Shown: one piece after another, positions 49,591-59,909 of the stretch | Layout of the letters: every line of letters begins with the position of its first letter | Position numbering within the stretch: position 1 is the first letter of the stretch | Source: Candidatus Latescibacterota bacterium | Lineage (GTDB): Bacteria > Latescibacterota > UBA2968 > GCA-2709665 | Assembly (NCBI GenBank): GCA_965205485.1 | Contig: OZ242180.1 | Coordinates: forward strand, 1,088,001 to 1,152,000 | DNA: 64,000 nt | Direction: 5' to 3' | Notes under the pieces: model-generated | What the model was told of the DNA's origin: nothing | The model's input: the letters and a program-made list of their open reading frames with translations, nothing else | Databases searched by the model: none | Made by a program: the position numbers and the translations under genes

Positions 49591-52500
49591 TTACTTCGCG
49601 ATACAACTGATGACGTGCAGAAAGCCGTCCTCCGAACAGGCCACGATTTCCGGGATGCCGTCACCGTCGACGTCCGCGGGGACGATGTCAATGACAGGTC
49701 CGCCGGCCTGAAACCGGCCGACGGGACGTCCGTCCGCGTTGGCCAGGAGGTACACGGTCCCATCCTCCACGCCCGCTGCGATTTCGAGCTTCCCGTCGCC
49801 ATTGAAATCCGCGGCGGCGATGCAGCGGACGACTTCGCCGAGGTCGGTTCGCCAGTGCAGCGTCCTGCCGTCGCCCCTGACGACGTAGACGTTGAAGCTC
49901 ATGGACGAGGCGACGATTTCATCCACGCCGTCTCCGTCCATATCGGTCATCAGGACGCGGGTGACTTCGTCTCCGGTATTGAATCGCGAGAGCAGGACCC
50001 CCTCCGCGTTGAGGAGGTGGATGTGGGTGTCGGCGCCGGCGAAGGCGACTTCCTTCAGCCCGTCTCCGTCGACGTCGCCTGCCGCGGCGCTGTTGGCGCG
50101 GGGCCCCGTTGCGGGATGATAGGACCACCTGATATCGCCGTTTCCGTCGATGCAGTGCCAGCGGTGGTAGTCCGTTCCGGCGATGACCTCGTCCCGGCCG
50201 TCGCCGTCCAGGTCCGCGGCGCAGCCTGTGGAGGAGGGGCGGACGGTCATCTGGTGCCAGAGTTCCTTCCCGTCGTGGCTGAAGGCGTAGTAGCGCCAGG
50301 ATTCCACGGCGGCGATGACCTCCAGGCGTCCGTCGCCGTCGATGTCGCCGGTGAAGACGGAGCGCACGACGGGTTCCTGGAAGTAGAAGGGGATTTTGAA
50401 GTCCCACTCGAGGTCGCCCGTGGCGTCGAGAACATATACGTGTTCGTCTTCCGAACCGGCGATAACTTCGGGCCGGCCGTCGTTTTCAAGGTCCGCGGCG
50501 CAGACGGAACGCACGGCGCCGCCCGTGGGATACCGCCAGAGCGGGCTTCCGTCCTTGTATGCGTGGATGGCCCCGGTGCGGCCGCCCGCGATGACTTCAT
50601 CCCTGCCGTCGCCGTCCAGGTCCGCGGCCTGCAGGGACAGCAGGGCGTTGTCCTCCCGGTGAGACCAGAGCGAGGAAAGGTCCGGAATACGGCCCATCCC
50701 GCGCGGGGTCCGGAAGCGGGGCACGAAAACTGTTGTGGTCTTTCCGGCCGTGGCGCGGCGGATTCCCGCGAGGGCGGGAGGGATCAGCGCGACGTCGTGC
50801 CTGCCCCCGTGCACACGGAACGTGACGGCGCCGCCGGAGACGTCGGCGTCTGTCGGCCGACCGTCCACTTCGACCTCTGTACTGTTTCCGGCGGACAGTG
50901 TGATTTCCGCCGGCCCGGAGGCAACAAGGGTACCCCGAGCCGCAGACAGGTCGTATTCGAGAGACACGGGACGATCGCTCCTGAATACGGTATCTTCCCA
51001 CGACACTTCCGTACCGTCGACAATGGCAAGAGCAAGCGGAGATATCTGAAACTGGGCGGCCGCGACCCGTGGGCCCGAAGGCAGCGCGGTCGCCGTCCGG
51101 GTCTGCCCGACGCCCGCGAAAACGGTTTCCGGACCGCCGTCAATGCGAACGGCGTTCCCGGCGATCTGCGACATTTCAAGCTTCAACGGTCCGCAATAAA
51201 GCAGGTTGAAGAACCGATAGGCCTCCCCTTTTCCCAGGCGCACGTTGGCAATCTGCTGGAGGATGCGCACGATCGGTTCGGCGTGTTCGTATCGTTCCCA
51301 GTTTTTGCCGGTAACCGGATCGTCCTCGAGCCTGAGTCCGGGCCCCGGCAGGCCGTGGATGAAGAATCGCTCGCCATTTTGCTCGACCGCCAGGCCGCCC
51401 TTGCTGAGCTTCACGTCGCCCAGGGTCTGCCAGACGGCGCGGAAACTGTATTCCGCTTCTCCCAGGGCTTCCATCTCGTCGATGACCAGGAAGAAGGCCC
51501 CACGGTTCCAGAGGATGTTGCGGCGCCAGTCCACGCCGCTGTAGGAACGCAGGGTCGTCTGTGAGAACCCGGTATCCCGGTTGGCGGCAAATCGCTCGAG
51601 TTCCACGAAGGGAGGGATTTCGGCGGATTGTCCGTCCTTGAAGATGAGGACGCCGTTGTGGAATTTGGGCAGCGACTTGATGTAGTCGCAGTCGGCCAGC
51701 CAGATGCGGTTGTTCTGGGTGAGGCGGCAGATCGAATTGCCGTCGTAATGCTTGTGACCGCCGTTGGACAGGCCGTCGAGGAACAGGTACTGGTTTTCGG
51801 GCGCGAACCCGTCCCGGAAGACGACCTTGTCGAAGGTCCTGTCCAAAGGCAGGTGGTCGCTGCCGTTCGTTGAATCGTAATAACTGGGGTCCACGGGGTA
51901 GACCTGCGCCCCCTCCAGGTCCGCGGGCTCAACGGGTTCCACGTCGCGGCTGTGTTCGTACGGGTGGGACCGCGGCGCCATGGCTTTCTTCTTGTCGAGC
52001 ATCCACTGGTAGCGGCCGTCTCCGGTCACGCAGACCATGGCGCGCAGATAGGGCACCTCCGTCCACGTGCCGAAGGGTGAGGCCGTGTCTCCGTTGGGCA
52101 CTGCGCAGCCCAGGTTGTCGGTTGTCAGGATGGCGTAGTCGCCGGCGCGCTGCGCATTTCCCGTTTCGAAAAACGTCATGTCGCCCGTGCTGAGCGTGTA
52201 GCGCATCGCGTGGAAATGGGTGCGCCAATGGTAGTGGCCGCAGTCCTCGTACGGCTTGAACGCGTTGACCTGCACCCTGAAGCATTTCTGCGACAGGGCC
52301 AGCCAATCGTAAGCCTGTGTGGCCCTGTAATATTTCTTGAAATAGGCGCCTGCATAGTGGAGGCCCAGCGCGGCGTACGTTGCGTGGTTGTGGCGGACGC
52401 GATCGTTCCCGACGTCTCCCACGTGCGATACGCAATCCGAAATGAACTCAAACAGGATGCGGGTAATCCGCAGACGGTCCTCGTCGGAGACCGCGGCACT

Positions 52501-53286
52501 CTCTTCCACGAGGTCCCACCCCGGCATGACGTACTGCAGCGCGAAGTCCGCGTCGAACCCCCATACGCTGCCGTAATTGTCGGGGTCGGACAGGACGTGG
52601 TCGTACATCCGGAAGACCAGTCGCTTGTAGATCTCGGCGTAGACGTCTTTGCCGGTAAGTCCGTAGAGCAGGCCCCGCTGCCCGATCCTGCTCCACAGAC
52701 CGGTATGGGAGCCCCGTGCGATGTCTTCTTCGGCTTCCGCCATCTCGGCGTCCGGGTCCGGTTCTTCGGGGATTCCGGCGTCGCTGCGGGCATCCGGTCC
52801 ATACTTGACATCGAACATGGGACCGAGAGCAAGGGTCGATCCCGACTCGAAGCGCTCAAGGAGCAGGCCGGCCGCGGTCTCGACCCCCGATAAATCGCTT
52901 CCGAAAACCCCGACGGCGTTTCTGCCGTTGCCCCAGGGATCGTGGATCGTGTGGAGAAGATGGCCGCCGGCGCCGGGAAAGTGGTCGTCCGCCGGGGTGT
53001 AGCTGTAGCCGTATAGCCGGAAGGCCGCCTTGTTGTTGTTCAGATTGCCCAGAAGGATGAGGTTCCTTCGGGGCGTCCTCGCGGCGGCGTTGTGGTCCAG
53101 GATGGGCAGATCGGCGCCCGAAAGGTCCCGGACTTTTCTCTGGATAGCCTCGGCAACGGCGCCGTACCGGTCTTCCGACGGGCGTACGATGGCGGACGCG
53201 GCGCGTCCGTGTTCCACGAGGACGGTGTCGGGATAGAGCGGTTTGGGCTTCTTCAGGTTTTTCAGGGACATTCTCCGCTGCGGCAT
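49591..53286 (-). CDS. Large lyase-like (heparinase II/III-like) protein with C-terminal FG-GAP propeller
   Basis: HNH, GHKHYDGNSI, HN.V in the middle; about seven D.DGDG..E repeats at the C-terminus; start trimmed to ATG 53286 (GGAG SD). Confidence 0.7.
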   Translation of the reverse strand: MPQRRMSLKNLKKPKPLYPDTVLVEHGRAASAIVRPSEDRYGAVAEAIQRKVRDLSGADLPILDHNAAARTPRRNLILLGNLNNNKAAFRLYGYSYTPADDHFPGAGGHLLHTIHDPWGNGRNAVGVFGSDLSGVETAAGLLLERFESGSTLALGPMFDVKYGPDARSDAGIPEEPDPDAEMAEAEEDIARGSHTGLWSRIGQRGLLYGLTGKDVYAEIYKRLVFRMYDHVLSDPDNYGSVWGFDADFALQYVMPGWDLVEESAAVSDEDRLRITRILFEFISDCVSHVGDVGNDRVRHNHATYAALGLHYAGAYFKKYYRATQAYDWLALSQKCFRVQVNAFKPYEDCGHYHWRTHFHAMRYTLSTGDMTFFETGNAQRAGDYAILTTDNLGCAVPNGDTASPFGTWTEVPYLRAMVCVTGDGRYQWMLDKKKAMAPRSHPYEHSRDVEPVEPADLEGAQVYPVDPSYYDSTNGSDHLPLDRTFDKVVFRDGFAPENQYLFLDGLSNGGHKHYDGNSICRLTQNNRIWLADCDYIKSLPKFHNGVLIFKDGQSAEIPPFVELERFAANRDTGFSQTTLRSYSGVDWRRNILWNRGAFFLVIDEMEALGEAEYSFRAVWQTLGDVKLSKGGLAVEQNGERFFIHGLPGPGLRLEDDPVTGKNWERYEHAEPIVRILQQIANVRLGKGEAYRFFNLLYCGPLKLEMSQIAGNAVRIDGGPETVFAGVGQTRTATALPSGPRVAAAQFQISPLALAIVDGTEVSWEDTVFRSDRPVSLEYDLSAARGTLVASGPAEITLSAGNSTEVEVDGRPTDADVSGGAVTFRVHGGRHDVALIPPALAGIRRATAGKTTTVFVPRFRTPRGMGRIPDLSSLWSHREDNALLSLQAADLDGDGRDEVIAGGRTGAIHAYKDGSPLWRYPTGGAVRSVCAADLENDGRPEVIAGSEDEHVYVLDATGDLEWDFKIPFYFQEPVVRSVFTGDIDGDGRLEVIAAVESWRYYAFSHDGKELWHQMTVRPSSTGCAADLDGDGRDEVIAGTDYHRWHCIDGNGDIRWSYHPATGPRANSAAAGDVDGDGLKEVAFAGADTHIHLLNAEGVLLSRFNTGDEVTRVLMTDMDGDGVDEIVASSMSFNVYVVRGDGRTLHWRTDLGEVVRCIAAADFNGDGKLEIAAGVEDGTVYLLANADGRPVGRFQAGGPVIDIVPADVDGDGIPEIVACSEDGFLHVISCIAK

Positions 53287-53305
53287 CGCGGACTCCGATC
53301 GTCGA

Positions 53306-53346
53306 TTCGAACTTGTCGAAATGTGGACGCTGAGCTTGTCGAAGCG
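53306..53346 (-). repeat. CTTCGACAAGCTCAG REP-like repeat plus degenerate tandem copy
   Basis: Matches the core at 1406-1420; second copy reads TTCGACAAGTTC. Confidence 0.6.
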
Positions 53347-53384
53347 CCCGCGTTTCGGGACCAATTAGCAACCCTGTGCCCAGC

Positions 53385-54167
53385 CTATTGGTTTTCGATG
53401 AGTTGCTTCAGGTATGCGATTTCATGCGCCGCCGTCTCGTACGGCGGATGATGGCTGCCGTGTTCGATCGAAATGTAGCCGTCGAAGCCCTTGCGTTGCA
53501 GGCGCCGGATGAACGCGGTGAAATCCACGTCGCCGGCGTCCAGAAACGTTAGATTCGGCCAGTCGCCCACCCAGTTGTGGGCGTGCAGGTGGACAACGTG
53601 TTTTCCGAGTTGATCGACGGTATGGAAGACGGATTCGCCGACGAGAGGCGTCTGGAGATTGACTGTGAGGTTTTCCATACCCACGTCGTCGAGCAGCTTC
53701 AGCGTACTCGGGCTGGTATCCGTCAGGTTGGGCCCGTGGTGAATGACCTGGTGCGTTTCGAGCGGGAACACGATATTGTACGCGGCGCCCAATTCGCAGA
53801 TTTTCCGCAGGCCCCGGACGCACGCGTCCCATTGGCCGGCCGCGGCGTCCGCGCTTCCCACGTTTCCGGTATAGGTGCGGATAAAGGGACAGTCGAGCTC
53901 GACCGCGTATTCGATAAAGGTTTCGGCATCCCGGATACTTTGGTCCCAGGTGTCCTGGCTGGTGGTGAAGTCGAAGTAGGGGCAGACCTGCACGATCTCG
54001 AGGTCGTGTCCGTCTGCGATTGAGCGGACCCATGCCAGGTCCGCGTGGCTAAGGTACTGCTGCCAGAGTTCGATGCCGTCATAACCCAGTTCAGCCAGGT
54101 AGGGGATGGCTTTTTCCTGATCGGCCTGTTCGTTGCCGAATGCGTTGGTGCAGAATGCGGATTTCAT
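53385..54167 (-). CDS. Sugar phosphate isomerase/epimerase (xylose isomerase-like TIM barrel)
   Basis: GYDGIEL, LETH, VHLHAHN, G.VDF, GFDGYISIE. Confidence 0.85.
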   Translation of the reverse strand: MKSAFCTNAFGNEQADQEKAIPYLAELGYDGIELWQQYLSHADLAWVRSIADGHDLEIVQVCPYFDFTTSQDTWDQSIRDAETFIEYAVELDCPFIRTYTGNVGSADAAAGQWDACVRGLRKICELGAAYNIVFPLETHQVIHHGPNLTDTSPSTLKLLDDVGMENLTVNLQTPLVGESVFHTVDQLGKHVVHLHAHNWVGDWPNLTFLDAGDVDFTAFIRRLQRKGFDGYISIEHGSHHPPYETAAHEIAYLKQLIENQ

Positions 54168-54307
54168 TGGCAGTCGTGACGGAAAACACGCCGGGATGTA
54201 AGCGGAATACTTCTGGAATTCGACCTGACACGACCTTAAAATAGATTCGCGGAAGCTGATATCAAACAGGTATTCGAACAAGTCCATCAAGCAGAAGGGA
54301 GGAACCT

Positions 54308-55891
54308 GTGTCCGGACCCTTTAACTACGGAATCATCTACAACTGGGACGGGGCGCCGCACGGTTATTCCGAGGCGCCTCAGTCGATGGAGGCATTTCTC
54401 GAGAAGGCCTACGCGCCGATCGAGGAAACGCAGGTGGGGGCGCTGTTCTGGTGCATCGGCGAGCACGCCGCCCGCTGGCCGGATTCCGCGCTTGAAATGC
54501 TGGGCGACGTCCACGGGCGAAGGTACGAGAACGTCTCGGCCTATACCCACACCGAAAACATCCGCCTGATGCTCGAGCGAGGGGAGGACCCGCATATCTC
54601 GCTGATCGAACACGGCCGCGCACAGGGCATGGCCGTCTACGCATCCGTGCGCATGAACGACAACCACTTCGACGGGGCGCAGGTGGAAGACCTCCCGACG
54701 CTCCATCACAGCGAACTGACCGGGATGCGGCGGGAGCACCCGGAGTGGGTGCTGGGCGACCGGACGTCGGAGTGGTTCGCGCTCTCATGGAATATGGCTG
54801 TCCCCGAAGTCCGCCAGCAACGGTATACCCATATCGAGGAGGTCGTCACGCGGTACGACTGGGACGGCGTGGAACTGGACTGGCAGCGTCATGCGTTTCA
54901 CCTTCCCGAGGACGAGGCCTACCGGCTGCGGTACGTGCTTACCGACCTCCAGCGCCGGGTCCGGCAGTTGACGAACGACATCGCAAAGCAGCGCGGCAGG
55001 CCGTTCTATCTGGCGGCGCGCGTGGCGGGCTCGCAGGAGATGTGCCGCCGCATCGGCTACGATATTCCGGTGTGGATCGAAGAGGGGCTGGTGGACATCC
55101 TGATTCTGGGAGGAGGCGCCGTAACCGACGCGTCCCTGGAGGTGGCCGCGTTTGCGGAGATGTGCCGGGACAGGGGGATCGCCGTCTACGCGGGATTCGA
55201 CAGCGGATTGCCGGACCCGTTCGTGGGCCCGGAAGCGCTTGAAGTCAAGGACCGAATGCGCACCCGGGCGATTGCCTCCCGCTACCATCGCGCCGGCGCC
55301 GACGGAATTTACACGTTCAACTGGCACGCCAACCGGGACATGAAGCGGGAATTGCTCTCGCAGATCGCCTCGCCCGAAACACTCCGCCGTACGGACAAGA
55401 TCTATGCGGCCACACACCGGTTTATCCAAAAGGAGGGACCCTGGCGCGGCGCCTACCGCATCGACCGGATCCTGGGCGAGGTGCCGGTCGCCCTCAAGAA
55501 TACGATGACGGGTGAAATGCCGGCCATCACACTGGATATTGCCGACGACATCGAAAAGGACAGACCGGACCACATCGAACTCCGTGTCCGCCTGGACCAG
55601 TGGGTGGTCGGCGATCGTGTTCGGGTATGTTGGGACGGCCGGGAAATGGAAGCACCCGAATTCCGTTACTGCGTTATGGACAACACCAATCCTCCTGGGG
55701 GCGCCTTCCAGCCACCGCCCGGCATCCGCCGCATTTCCGACGTGAGCAAGGCGGCGTGGCTGTGCTTTCCGCTGCGCCCCTCTGATATCGCAAATGGGAG
55801 GCATACCGTCGAGGTCGGGCTGGTTGAACGGAATCCGCAAATCGCGTGCGACCTCATCCTGACGGACGTGGAAGTGGTCATTCGCTATTGA
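54308..55891 (+). CDS. Glycoside hydrolase-like TIM barrel (GHL10-like), paralog 1
   Basis: YNWDG, ASVRMND.H, DGVELDW.R, GADGIYTFNW; GGAGG SD, GTG start. Confidence 0.7.
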   Translation: MSGPFNYGIIYNWDGAPHGYSEAPQSMEAFLEKAYAPIEETQVGALFWCIGEHAARWPDSALEMLGDVHGRRYENVSAYTHTENIRLMLERGEDPHISLIEHGRAQGMAVYASVRMNDNHFDGAQVEDLPTLHHSELTGMRREHPEWVLGDRTSEWFALSWNMAVPEVRQQRYTHIEEVVTRYDWDGVELDWQRHAFHLPEDEAYRLRYVLTDLQRRVRQLTNDIAKQRGRPFYLAARVAGSQEMCRRIGYDIPVWIEEGLVDILILGGGAVTDASLEVAAFAEMCRDRGIAVYAGFDSGLPDPFVGPEALEVKDRMRTRAIASRYHRAGADGIYTFNWHANRDMKRELLSQIASPETLRRTDKIYAATHRFIQKEGPWRGAYRIDRILGEVPVALKNTMTGEMPAITLDIADDIEKDRPDHIELRVRLDQWVVGDRVRVCWDGREMEAPEFRYCVMDNTNPPGGAFQPPPGIRRISDVSKAAWLCFPLRPSDIANGRHTVEVGLVERNPQIACDLILTDVEVVIRY

Positions 55892-55947
55892 CGCCCTGCA
55901 AAACCGCAGTGCAAGGGCATGAGAATTTCTGACTGGAGGGAGATACG

Positions 55948-56532
55948 ATGGCCGTTACCGATTCGTTGCGCGAAAGGGTCCGCGCCGAGTTGCCGGAGGC
56001 CGGAGAAATCGTCGACCCCGCATTGCGGGAAAGGGTTATCGAGGCGTGGGCCACGGCGCTTGCCGGCAGCAGCTTCGAGGCGATCGCCGACATCCGCCCA
56101 TCCGGAAACCCGGATACGCCGCCCCTCAGGAAAGGGACGCAGACCGACCACATCCGCGGCGTGACCCGCCTGGCTATGGGAATGGCCGATGAAATGGTGT
56201 CGATGTTTCCGGACCTGACGGTTGACCGTGATATTCTCATTGCCGGCGCCCTTTGTCACGACGTCGGCAAGCCCTGGGAATTCGATCCGGAAAACCAGGC
56301 GCGCTGGAAGCGGGCGCCGGGCGCCGCCGGATACCCTTCAATAAGGCATCCGGCCTACGGCGTTCACGTATGCCTGAGCGTGGGGCTTCCGGAAACCGTG
56401 GCGCATATTGCCGGCGGGCATTCGGGGGAAGGAGAACTGGTGGTGCGGAGCCTCGAGAATACCATCGTAAACGCCGCGGACTACGCTTTCTGGCGGGTGC
56501 TGCGGGCCGGTGGGCTGCTTGAGGATGACTGA
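55948..56532 (+). CDS. HD-domain metal-dependent phosphohydrolase
   Basis: DH..GV, ALCHDVGK, RH, HS.EG, AD; GGAGG SD. Confidence 0.85.
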   Translation: MAVTDSLRERVRAELPEAGEIVDPALRERVIEAWATALAGSSFEAIADIRPSGNPDTPPLRKGTQTDHIRGVTRLAMGMADEMVSMFPDLTVDRDILIAGALCHDVGKPWEFDPENQARWKRAPGAAGYPSIRHPAYGVHVCLSVGLPETVAHIAGGHSGEGELVVRSLENTIVNAADYAFWRVLRAGGLLEDD

Positions 56533-56635
56533 CGGACGATCCGTTCCCTGGTAGCGGAAACATGGGCAAAAAGCAGGTTCCGAAGCGGTCATTCGCTATT
56601 GACACCGCCCGATTCCTACGTTACTTCGTCGCGGG

Positions 56636-58102
56636 TTATTCGATCGTATCCAGGTCAGGCGTCGGAAATGTCCCGTATTCGACGAAGATATCCACATCTT
56701 CGACCACGATCCCTCCTTCGAATCCGGGAGGTCTTTCGCGCAAGGATATTTCGAGTACATTGCGGCCCTTCCGGGGTCGCACGTCTTCCAGGTCGAATTC
56801 CAGCAGTTGTCCCGCGTACGGATCCCGGTACCGGATCGGCGAGCGACGACATGACCCGCTGTCCAGACGGGCGCCGTTCAGCCGGATCTCGAGTCTGTCC
56901 GCCGAGACGAGATTGCTCACACCGATTCTGAGGCCAATGTGCCTTATGCGGTCATTTTCAGATTCGTCGGCGATGGAGAAAGGGATCTGATGAAATCTCC
57001 CCGGGTCGGCTGAGGCGATCTCAAGCGGCAGAAAGGCGCCGTAGTCGTATTCGGATGCCGCGTCGCACCGGCGGCGCAGGAAGTAGTGCTTGTCGGCTTC
57101 CCGTACCAGGTCCGCATCGCCCAGTTGCGTTAGGAGACTGCGGCCGGACTCGTCCAGGGGCCAGGGAAGAAACCAGGTGTACAGGCCGTCGACGTCCAAT
57201 TCCAGGAAATTCGCGGCGGCCGCCCGCATCATGGAGGCGGTCGCGTTGCCCGCCGTATCGAACCGACGGCTCTCGTCGCTGCGGTAAGGCTGAAGCATGC
57301 CGTAGACGGAGATATCGTTTTCGTGGGCGGCCTCCACGAGCCAGCCAACCGGCATATTGGCATCCAGTACGAAGTCGAGATAGAGCATCGGGACCACGAA
57401 GTCCACCAACCCTTCCCGGAGCCAGGTCCGCACGTCAAGCCCGGTCTTCAGGTTCAGTTCTTCGGTGGGGTAGACGCGGGCGCCGATCAACGCGGGACCC
57501 CCCGGCCGGCCCCGGACGATTTCGGCGGTCTCTCTCAGGAAATCTGTCATCACCGGGGTGTATTCGGATACGTCTTCCGTCCTAAGCCAGAAGGGACTGC
57601 CGCCGGGAGAGGCGGCGAAGTCCAGTTCCACGCCTTCCACGGCGTACCTCGTGGCGAGTTCTTTCAGTATCGCCCGCTGATGGTCGCGCACTTCGGGATG
57701 CACGAAACCCCGCCCTCCGTTATTGAGCGCGTGTTCCGCGGCCATGCCGCCGTAGGCGCCCATCCGCAGGCTGGCGATGAAGTCCATTCCCTTCTCGTGG
57801 GCGCGGTCGACCAGGACGGTCAGCGGGTCGAGGCCGCGCGCGATGAGACTCTGCATATTCTCCCAGGCGCGCCACTCGTGGACATGCTGGAACGGTCGAA
57901 GATCGTCACCGAACATCTGGCCGATCCTGGAGGGATAGAAGAGACCGTCGGCACGGGAGACGCCATAGACGAAGGTGTCCACGGCCGTGCCGGCGACTTC
58001 GTCCACGGGCACCCAGGCGTCTTCCAGCCGCATCGGCGGTTCGAAGACGAACAGATAGTAGTGGCGGGCGTCGTTGAAATAGATCGTGCGCTGTTTTCTC
58101 AT
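56636..58102 (-). CDS. Glycoside hydrolase-like TIM barrel (GHL10-like), paralog 2
   Basis: YFNDARH, ASLRM, EGVELDF, VDGLY, DKHY. Confidence 0.7.
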   Translation of the reverse strand: MRKQRTIYFNDARHYYLFVFEPPMRLEDAWVPVDEVAGTAVDTFVYGVSRADGLFYPSRIGQMFGDDLRPFQHVHEWRAWENMQSLIARGLDPLTVLVDRAHEKGMDFIASLRMGAYGGMAAEHALNNGGRGFVHPEVRDHQRAILKELATRYAVEGVELDFAASPGGSPFWLRTEDVSEYTPVMTDFLRETAEIVRGRPGGPALIGARVYPTEELNLKTGLDVRTWLREGLVDFVVPMLYLDFVLDANMPVGWLVEAAHENDISVYGMLQPYRSDESRRFDTAGNATASMMRAAAANFLELDVDGLYTWFLPWPLDESGRSLLTQLGDADLVREADKHYFLRRRCDAASEYDYGAFLPLEIASADPGRFHQIPFSIADESENDRIRHIGLRIGVSNLVSADRLEIRLNGARLDSGSCRRSPIRYRDPYAGQLLEFDLEDVRPRKGRNVLEISLRERPPGFEGGIVVEDVDIFVEYGTFPTPDLDTIE

Positions 58103-58166
58103 CGATTACCTTTCCCATCCATCCCGATGATGTCTCTCCCGGTGCGACGGATCTGTTCCGGCGCGA

Positions 58167-59750
58167 TTACTCCCCGGTAGGTTCGGACGGTCCCAGATCC
58201 GGATCGTCCATCCGGTGATAGCTCCTCCCCATGAGGTACCTGATCTCCAGCTCCAGGTCGCGGACGTAGACGTCCGGTGTGACGTCCGGGTCCCGTTCGA
58301 GCAGGCCGACCTCCAGTTCGTTCCGGCCCTGGCGCGGCCAGTTTGCGCGGTCCGGCCGGAATACGAACCAGTATCCGCAGCCGGTCCGATATCGCGGGGC
58401 GCTCATGCGGTACATCTCGTTGATCCTGCGCAATTGCGCGTCCGGAAGTTCCTTGCCGTTCAAGCGGAAACGAAACCGGTCCTTTTCCGTGGCATTCATG
58501 ATCCGCACGCGAAGCAGAACGTCGTGCACCCGTCCGGTTTCATCCCAGCGGGGGAGGTCATCGCTGATCCTGATTGAAATGTGGACCGGTTCTTCCCGGG
58601 TCAGCGCCGCGGGGAGGCCCATGGCAACGCCGGGTTCGGTGACGGGCCTGGGGTACCGCCCGGTCTCGGTGGGAACGTAGTAGTGCTTGTCCTTCGGGGC
58701 CATCACGTCCGCGTGGGGCAGTTCCCGCAGCTTCTCATAGAATGACGCCTGGTAGGGCCAGTTGCCGAACCAGTGGGCCATGTAGAGGCCGTCAACCCCC
58801 TGCGCCCAGTAGTTGCAGGCCGCCCCCCGGATCATTTCGATGGTGGCTTCGGCCAGGCGATCGGAGTCCACGTGGCTGTGCAGCGCGGCGTGGACCCGGC
58901 ACCCGGTACCTTCGGCCGCGTCGACGAGTTGGCCGAAGTCGACCGTCGAGTCGAGCAGTTCAGGGGTAGAGAATGTCTGCCCGATCAGGACGTCGACGAT
59001 TCCCCGCCGCAGCCATTCCCGAACGTCCAACCCCACCTGCAGGCACCCCTGGATACTGGCCGGAATCCGGACGGCGAGTTCGCGCTCGCGGCCGCTGTTC
59101 TTGACGGCGCGATGGATCCGGGCGATCCATTCGGTCATGACCTTACCGCCATCTTCGACCGCGTCCGGGTGGAAATAATACGGCGTGTAGTTGAGTTGCA
59201 GTTCGAAGCCGTCAACCGGATAGACGTTCAGCGTTTCCTCGACAATGGCGAACCGTTCTTCCCTGACCTCGGAGTGCGTGAAGTCGAGGCAGGTCAGCCC
59301 GGGAAACTCCGGGTCGAGGTCTCCTCGTGCGCCGATTTCCAGGTGGGTATTTTCAAACCGGAAGTCGGAACAACGGACGTCCTCGCCGCGTTCCCCGCGC
59401 CCCTGCTGCACAAGCAGGGTAGGATAGACGAGCATGCCCTTTTCGTGGGCCCGGTCGCAGATGAGGCGCAGGGGATCGTGGCCTTCCCGGATCAGCCGCA
59501 TGGCGTTCCGGTTTGCCCTGTCGAAGATGAGGTGAGGCCAATCATTCACGTTATGGCCCCAGATCTCGCCGACTTTCGTGTCGTGAAGGAACGTGCGGCC
59601 GTCACCAAGACAGAACATGATGGCGTCCACGGGCGTGCCCGCCAGTTCGTCCACGCTCGCTTCGAATTCCTCCTTCTGCATTGGAGGCTCGTACATATAG
59701 ATCAGAGGGTGGCGTCCGTCGTGGTAGAACATCATTCGTGGTTGTGGCAT
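58167..59750 (-). CDS. Glycoside hydrolase-like TIM barrel (GHL10-like), paralog 3
   Basis: YHDGRH, DGFELQ, GVDGLY, DKHY. Confidence 0.7.
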   Translation of the reverse strand: MPQPRMMFYHDGRHPLIYMYEPPMQKEEFEASVDELAGTPVDAIMFCLGDGRTFLHDTKVGEIWGHNVNDWPHLIFDRANRNAMRLIREGHDPLRLICDRAHEKGMLVYPTLLVQQGRGERGEDVRCSDFRFENTHLEIGARGDLDPEFPGLTCLDFTHSEVREERFAIVEETLNVYPVDGFELQLNYTPYYFHPDAVEDGGKVMTEWIARIHRAVKNSGRERELAVRIPASIQGCLQVGLDVREWLRRGIVDVLIGQTFSTPELLDSTVDFGQLVDAAEGTGCRVHAALHSHVDSDRLAEATIEMIRGAACNYWAQGVDGLYMAHWFGNWPYQASFYEKLRELPHADVMAPKDKHYYVPTETGRYPRPVTEPGVAMGLPAALTREEPVHISIRISDDLPRWDETGRVHDVLLRVRIMNATEKDRFRFRLNGKELPDAQLRRINEMYRMSAPRYRTGCGYWFVFRPDRANWPRQGRNELEVGLLERDPDVTPDVYVRDLELEIRYLMGRSYHRMDDPDLGPSEPTGE

Positions 59751-59771
59751 CTGTCGTTCCTTGCAAGATAG

Positions 59772-59802
59772 AGCTGTTAGCTTTCAGTCGTCAGCGATCA
59801 GC
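59772..59802 (-). repeat. GCTGANN heptamer x4 (degenerate)
   Basis: Minus strand reads GCTGATC GCTGACG ACTGAAA GCTAACA GCT. Confidence 0.6.
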
Positions 59803-59909
59803 AAAAGGCGAAAACCAGATTCAGAACCCACATCCACCCAGCCCCGCAGACTTCTCTCCCGCGGGAGAAAGGGAGCAAGGCCAGGTCTTGCCCAATTAAT
59901 GCATTTCAC

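Noticed and set aside
49573..51564. 663-aa plus-strand ORF and other long antisense ORFs (27241-28686, 41365-43074, 60890-62869)
   Set aside because: Shadow ORFs opposite well-supported genes in GC-rich DNA; no motifs.
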